Of a stretch of DNA of 64,000 nucleotides, positions 61,198 to 64,000 are shown one piece after another. The notes below the pieces were generated by a model. That model searched no databases. It saw only the letters and a program-made list of their open reading frames with translations, and was not told the DNA's origin. Both the position numbers and the translations under genes were made by a program. The stretch comes from a virus. Location of the stretch: the IMG/VR virus record IMGVR_UViG_3300045988_123906; one strand, written 5' to 3'. Position 1 is the stretch's first letter. Each line of letters opens with the position of its first letter.

Positions 61198-62178
61198 ATG
61201 AATAAGAAATCTGTTATAGATATCAATAATTGCGATATTCTGAATGAAAATGGTGTCCTACGTCTTGTCTACAATTTTAACAAATGCACTTCTCCTATGA
61301 TCATGGTTAGGGCAAAATCTTATCATGAGTTCAATAAAAGTGGTATGTTTCTGTTTGGTGCAAAAACATGGGCCACTTATATTGTGCAGCTGAATATTGA
61401 CGAGGAAGAACCCATTCTGCGCGGTCTACTGGCCGATATTTATCAGAATTATCACGACCTGTATGAGGAAGTCTTCCATGGAGCTGCTGAGGATGACGAT
61501 ACCCCTGATTGTGACTGTGAAGATTGCTGCGACGATGATGGTATTATTGATTATCTGACTCTTACCGATACTGGCCGTATGAGTGAAAAGGGGCACCATA
61601 TTGGCCGTTTTGACTTCGATAGCCTTGCAGAGCTTGATACTGACACTCTTCATATCTTGGCGAAGGCTTGTGATATCAAAAATTCTGAAGTTATGACTCG
61701 TGGAATCCTGCTTTTGAATTTACACAATCAGGACATCGATATTGATGATCATTGTTATTGCGACGATGACACCGACGACGATGAGGACGATATCAATGAG
61801 TGCAACGGCGACTGTGAGAACTGTGAGTACACAGGGCTGGATGATCGTGATGAAGAGAGTGATGAAGACGACAGCTGTACCCGTGAAGCAGAAGAGCACT
61901 CCGAGTGGCCGCACCCGATTGAAGAAGATACCAAGTCTGATTCTGTCGATTATGAGTATGTGGATGGTCCTGCTCACTATCATGGCACCGAGTGCATCGA
62001 AAATATGCGCAAGCTGTTTGGCGATGAGGCCGTCCGCTGGTTCTGTATTTGCAATGCCTACAAGTATCGCTTCCGTGATGGTTCTAAGCCCGGTGTGGCC
62101 GCAGAGCAGGACGAGAAGAAGGCTCGTTGGTACGAAGATTATGCCGTGAAAATGATGAACGAACAGCGCTATTATTGA
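61198..62178 (+). CDS. acidic Cys-rich protein with DUF3310-like C-terminus
   Basis: The central region is very rich in D/E/C (CDCEDCCDDDG; HCYCDDDTDDDEDDINECNGDCENCEY). The C-terminal HYHGTECIENM..NAYKYRFRDGSKPG..KKARWY resembles DUF3310 as I recall it. Confidence 0.55.
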   Translation: MNKKSVIDINNCDILNENGVLRLVYNFNKCTSPMIMVRAKSYHEFNKSGMFLFGAKTWATYIVQLNIDEEEPILRGLLADIYQNYHDLYEEVFHGAAEDDDTPDCDCEDCCDDDGIIDYLTLTDTGRMSEKGHHIGRFDFDSLAELDTDTLHILAKACDIKNSEVMTRGILLLNLHNQDIDIDDHCYCDDDTDDDEDDINECNGDCENCEYTGLDDRDEESDEDDSCTREAEEHSEWPHPIEEDTKSDSVDYEYVDGPAHYHGTECIENMRKLFGDEAVRWFCICNAYKYRFRDGSKPGVAAEQDEKKARWYEDYAVKMMNEQRYY

Positions 62179-62195
62179 TTTGGAGGTGATGGAAT

Positions 62196-64000
62196 ATGGA
62201 GTATGTAATCAAACGCAATGGCGTAAAAGCTCCGTTCGACAAGTCTAAGATCGTGAATGCAATCGAAAAGGCGATGAACGATTCTTCTGATTCTGTCAAT
62301 CACGAATTGAGCAAGCAAATTGCAAATGAAATCGCAGCTATCAGCCAGCCAATGGATGTTGAAGCGATTCAGAATGCCGTGGAAAATCGACTGATGCAGA
62401 GCGGCCATTATGAAACTGCTCGCTGCTACATGAATTATCGCTATCTGCACGGAATTGCCCGTAATAAGTACAAAGAGCTGATGGACGCGGTCGATGAAAA
62501 GCTGATGGGAAAGAAGATCGACAATCAAAACGCCAATGTTGACGAAGCATCTTTCGGTGGTCGTACTGGCGAGATGAGCCGTGTGGTTTCTAAGCGTTAT
62601 GCTCTGGATTATTGTATGTCAGACCTCGCAAAGAAGAACCATGAGAACAATGAGATCTACACCCATGATCTCGATAACTATGCCGTCGGCGATCATAACT
62701 GTACGAGTTGCAATATCGACAAGCATTTGGCTAATGGATTTAAGACTCGTCAGGTTGATATTCGACCGGCTCAATCAATCAATACAGCATATCAGCTTGT
62801 TGCGGTTCTATTTCAAATTCAGTCGCTCTCACAATTCGGCGGCATCTCGGCTACACACTTCGATTACAGCATGGTTCCGTATGTGAGAAAGAGCTTCACA
62901 AAGCATTTACAGGACGGTCTGGTTTACATCGAAAAGAAGTCACAGTACAAAGCTGATCGATTCAAAGAATGGCTCAAGCACGACGAAAATCGTCCTGACG
63001 GGACTATTCATTTTGATGATCCCTTTAAAGACATGCATCCTGATGCTTGGGAATATGCGATGGAAATGACCCGGCGGGAATGTAAACAAGCAACAGAAGG
63101 ATTACTTCATAACCTAAATTCATTACAATCCCGTTCAGGAAACCAGTTGCCTTTCAGTTCTATCAATTTTGGTCTCTGCACTGACGAAGAAGGGCGAATG
63201 GTTACGGAAGAGTTCTTGAATGGTTTAATTCGTGGCACGGGCAAGTATCACCGGACGAGTATTTTTCCATGTGCTATCTTTCAGATGAAGACCGGTGTGA
63301 ATCGTAAACCGGGAGATCCGAACTACGATTTGTACCGACTGGCTTTGAAATCTACTGCGCAGCGACTATACCCAAATTACTGTAACTGTGACTGGAGCAA
63401 TCAGAATGCAGCTGTTCAGTATGACCGCAAAGTCAAACAGGAAGTTCTGGATGCCTTAAGCCCAGAAGAAAAGAACCGTCTGTATGATGTTTTGTCTAAA
63501 AATAAAGACCTTGCCAATAAACTGTACATAGTCGCCTACAAGGGAGACATGATGATTAACAGAGAGTATGAGGCTCCATTTGAAGTCAGTAGCACTATGG
63601 GCTGCAGGACCTGGAATTCGTATGATGTTAACTTCAAGGAAGTGTATGCAGCCAACATTCAATCTGTAATTAAGACTGGTCAGTTACAGTTCGATGATTT
63701 ACTGTCTGCTGCTCAGAAAGATGGTCGCGGCAATATTTGTCCTGTAACCATCATTCTTCCGACTCTGGCAATGGAAGCTAATCAGGCGGTTTCTGTACGA
63801 GATTATCACGACTGCAGAGATACAGTTACAGAATTTATGAAGATCCTTGACCAGAAGTTGCATGAAGCAAAACAGATCTTAATTGAGCGGTTTGATTGGA
63901 TCTGTTCACAGTCTCCTGCATCTGCAAAATTCATGTGGGACAACGGTGTGCTTTCTGGATATGACGGCGTTGACATTCGGTCTGCTATGAAGCATGGCAC
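62196..64000 (+). CDS. nrdD: anaerobic ribonucleoside-triphosphate reductase (class III), 3' partial
   Basis: Hand translation from ATG 62196 stays open to the window end. N-terminal ATP-cone (YVIKRNGVKAPFDKSKIVNAIEKA), then IYTHDLD..DHNC and GGISATHFDY, as in NrdD. Absent from the ORF track, probably because it has no stop in the window. Confidence 0.8.
   Translation, partial: MEYVIKRNGVKAPFDKSKIVNAIEKAMNDSSDSVNHELSKQIANEIAAISQPMDVEAIQNAVENRLMQSGHYETARCYMNYRYLHGIARNKYKELMDAVDEKLMGKKIDNQNANVDEASFGGRTGEMSRVVSKRYALDYCMSDLAKKNHENNEIYTHDLDNYAVGDHNCTSCNIDKHLANGFKTRQVDIRPAQSINTAYQLVAVLFQIQSLSQFGGISATHFDYSMVPYVRKSFTKHLQDGLVYIEKKSQYKADRFKEWLKHDENRPDGTIHFDDPFKDMHPDAWEYAMEMTRRECKQATEGLLHNLNSLQSRSGNQLPFSSINFGLCTDEEGRMVTEEFLNGLIRGTGKYHRTSIFPCAIFQMKTGVNRKPGDPNYDLYRLALKSTAQRLYPNYCNCDWSNQNAAVQYDRKVKQEVLDALSPEEKNRLYDVLSKNKDLANKLYIVAYKGDMMINREYEAPFEVSSTMGCRTWNSYDVNFKEVYAANIQSVIKTGQLQFDDLLSAAQKDGRGNICPVTIILPTLAMEANQAVSVRDYHDCRDTVTEFMKILDQKLHEAKQILIERFDWICSQSPASAKFMWDNGVLSGYDGVDIRSAMKHG

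Noticed and set aside
2-64000. Many long minus-strand ORFs, for example 7448-8683, 13852-15099, 22589-23686, 25398-26195, 47362-48396 and 55170-56237.
   Set aside because: Each lies fully inside a + strand gene that has recognisable motifs and an RBS. The translations are low-complexity or R/L/S-rich, typical of antisense shadows, and none has an RBS of its own. I treat the window as unidirectional.

Overview
This window is a 64-kb slice of a large tailed-phage genome covering an early, replication and auxiliary region. I recognised no virion genes. All credible genes are on the + strand, and the long minus-strand ORFs look like antisense shadows. I call about 98 tightly packed CDS and 16 tRNA or tRNA-like genes in four clusters, plus one armless tRNA-like minihelix; several of these RNAs are non-canonical. 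The replication block runs from about 47.6 to 64 kb: SSB-like protein, RecA-like ATPase, DnaB-type helicase, Toprim primase, Cas4/RecB-like nuclease, DnaE-type Pol III alpha, ERCC4 nuclease, ATP-dependent ligase, ThyX and NrdD (3' partial). An NAD+ salvage/reconstitution island lies at 23.7-28.1 kb (Prs-like, NAMPT-like, macro domain, NadE, PncA). The points most worth a second look are: (1) a candidate phage-borne ubiquitin-like conjugation operon at 13.4-17.0 kb, with a beta-grasp-sized protein, a large protein, a JAB/MPN+ protease and a minimal E1-like enzyme. (2) Directly downstream, a retron-type reverse transcriptase bracketed by two members of a four-copy family of ~240-nt GC-rich, hairpin-dense modules with conserved 5' and 3' boxes; the other two copies sit in a 1-kb ORF-free gap at 6.4-7.1 kb. 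(3) An eight-member family of ~90-aa proteins ending in C-x-C-[DE]-S-[LI]-L, arrayed around a tyrosine recombinase. (4) A tRNA with a CUA (amber-suppressor) anticodon, in-frame TAG codons in two otherwise intact genes, and near-absence of TAG as a terminator. (5) An orphan MazF/PemK toxin gene that needs a -1 shift on an A4 run. (6) A partial NitT/TauT-type ABC importer with a PspA-like protein. I found no rRNA, CRISPR array or transposon. All functional calls rest on motifs read by eye and need profile or structure searches.
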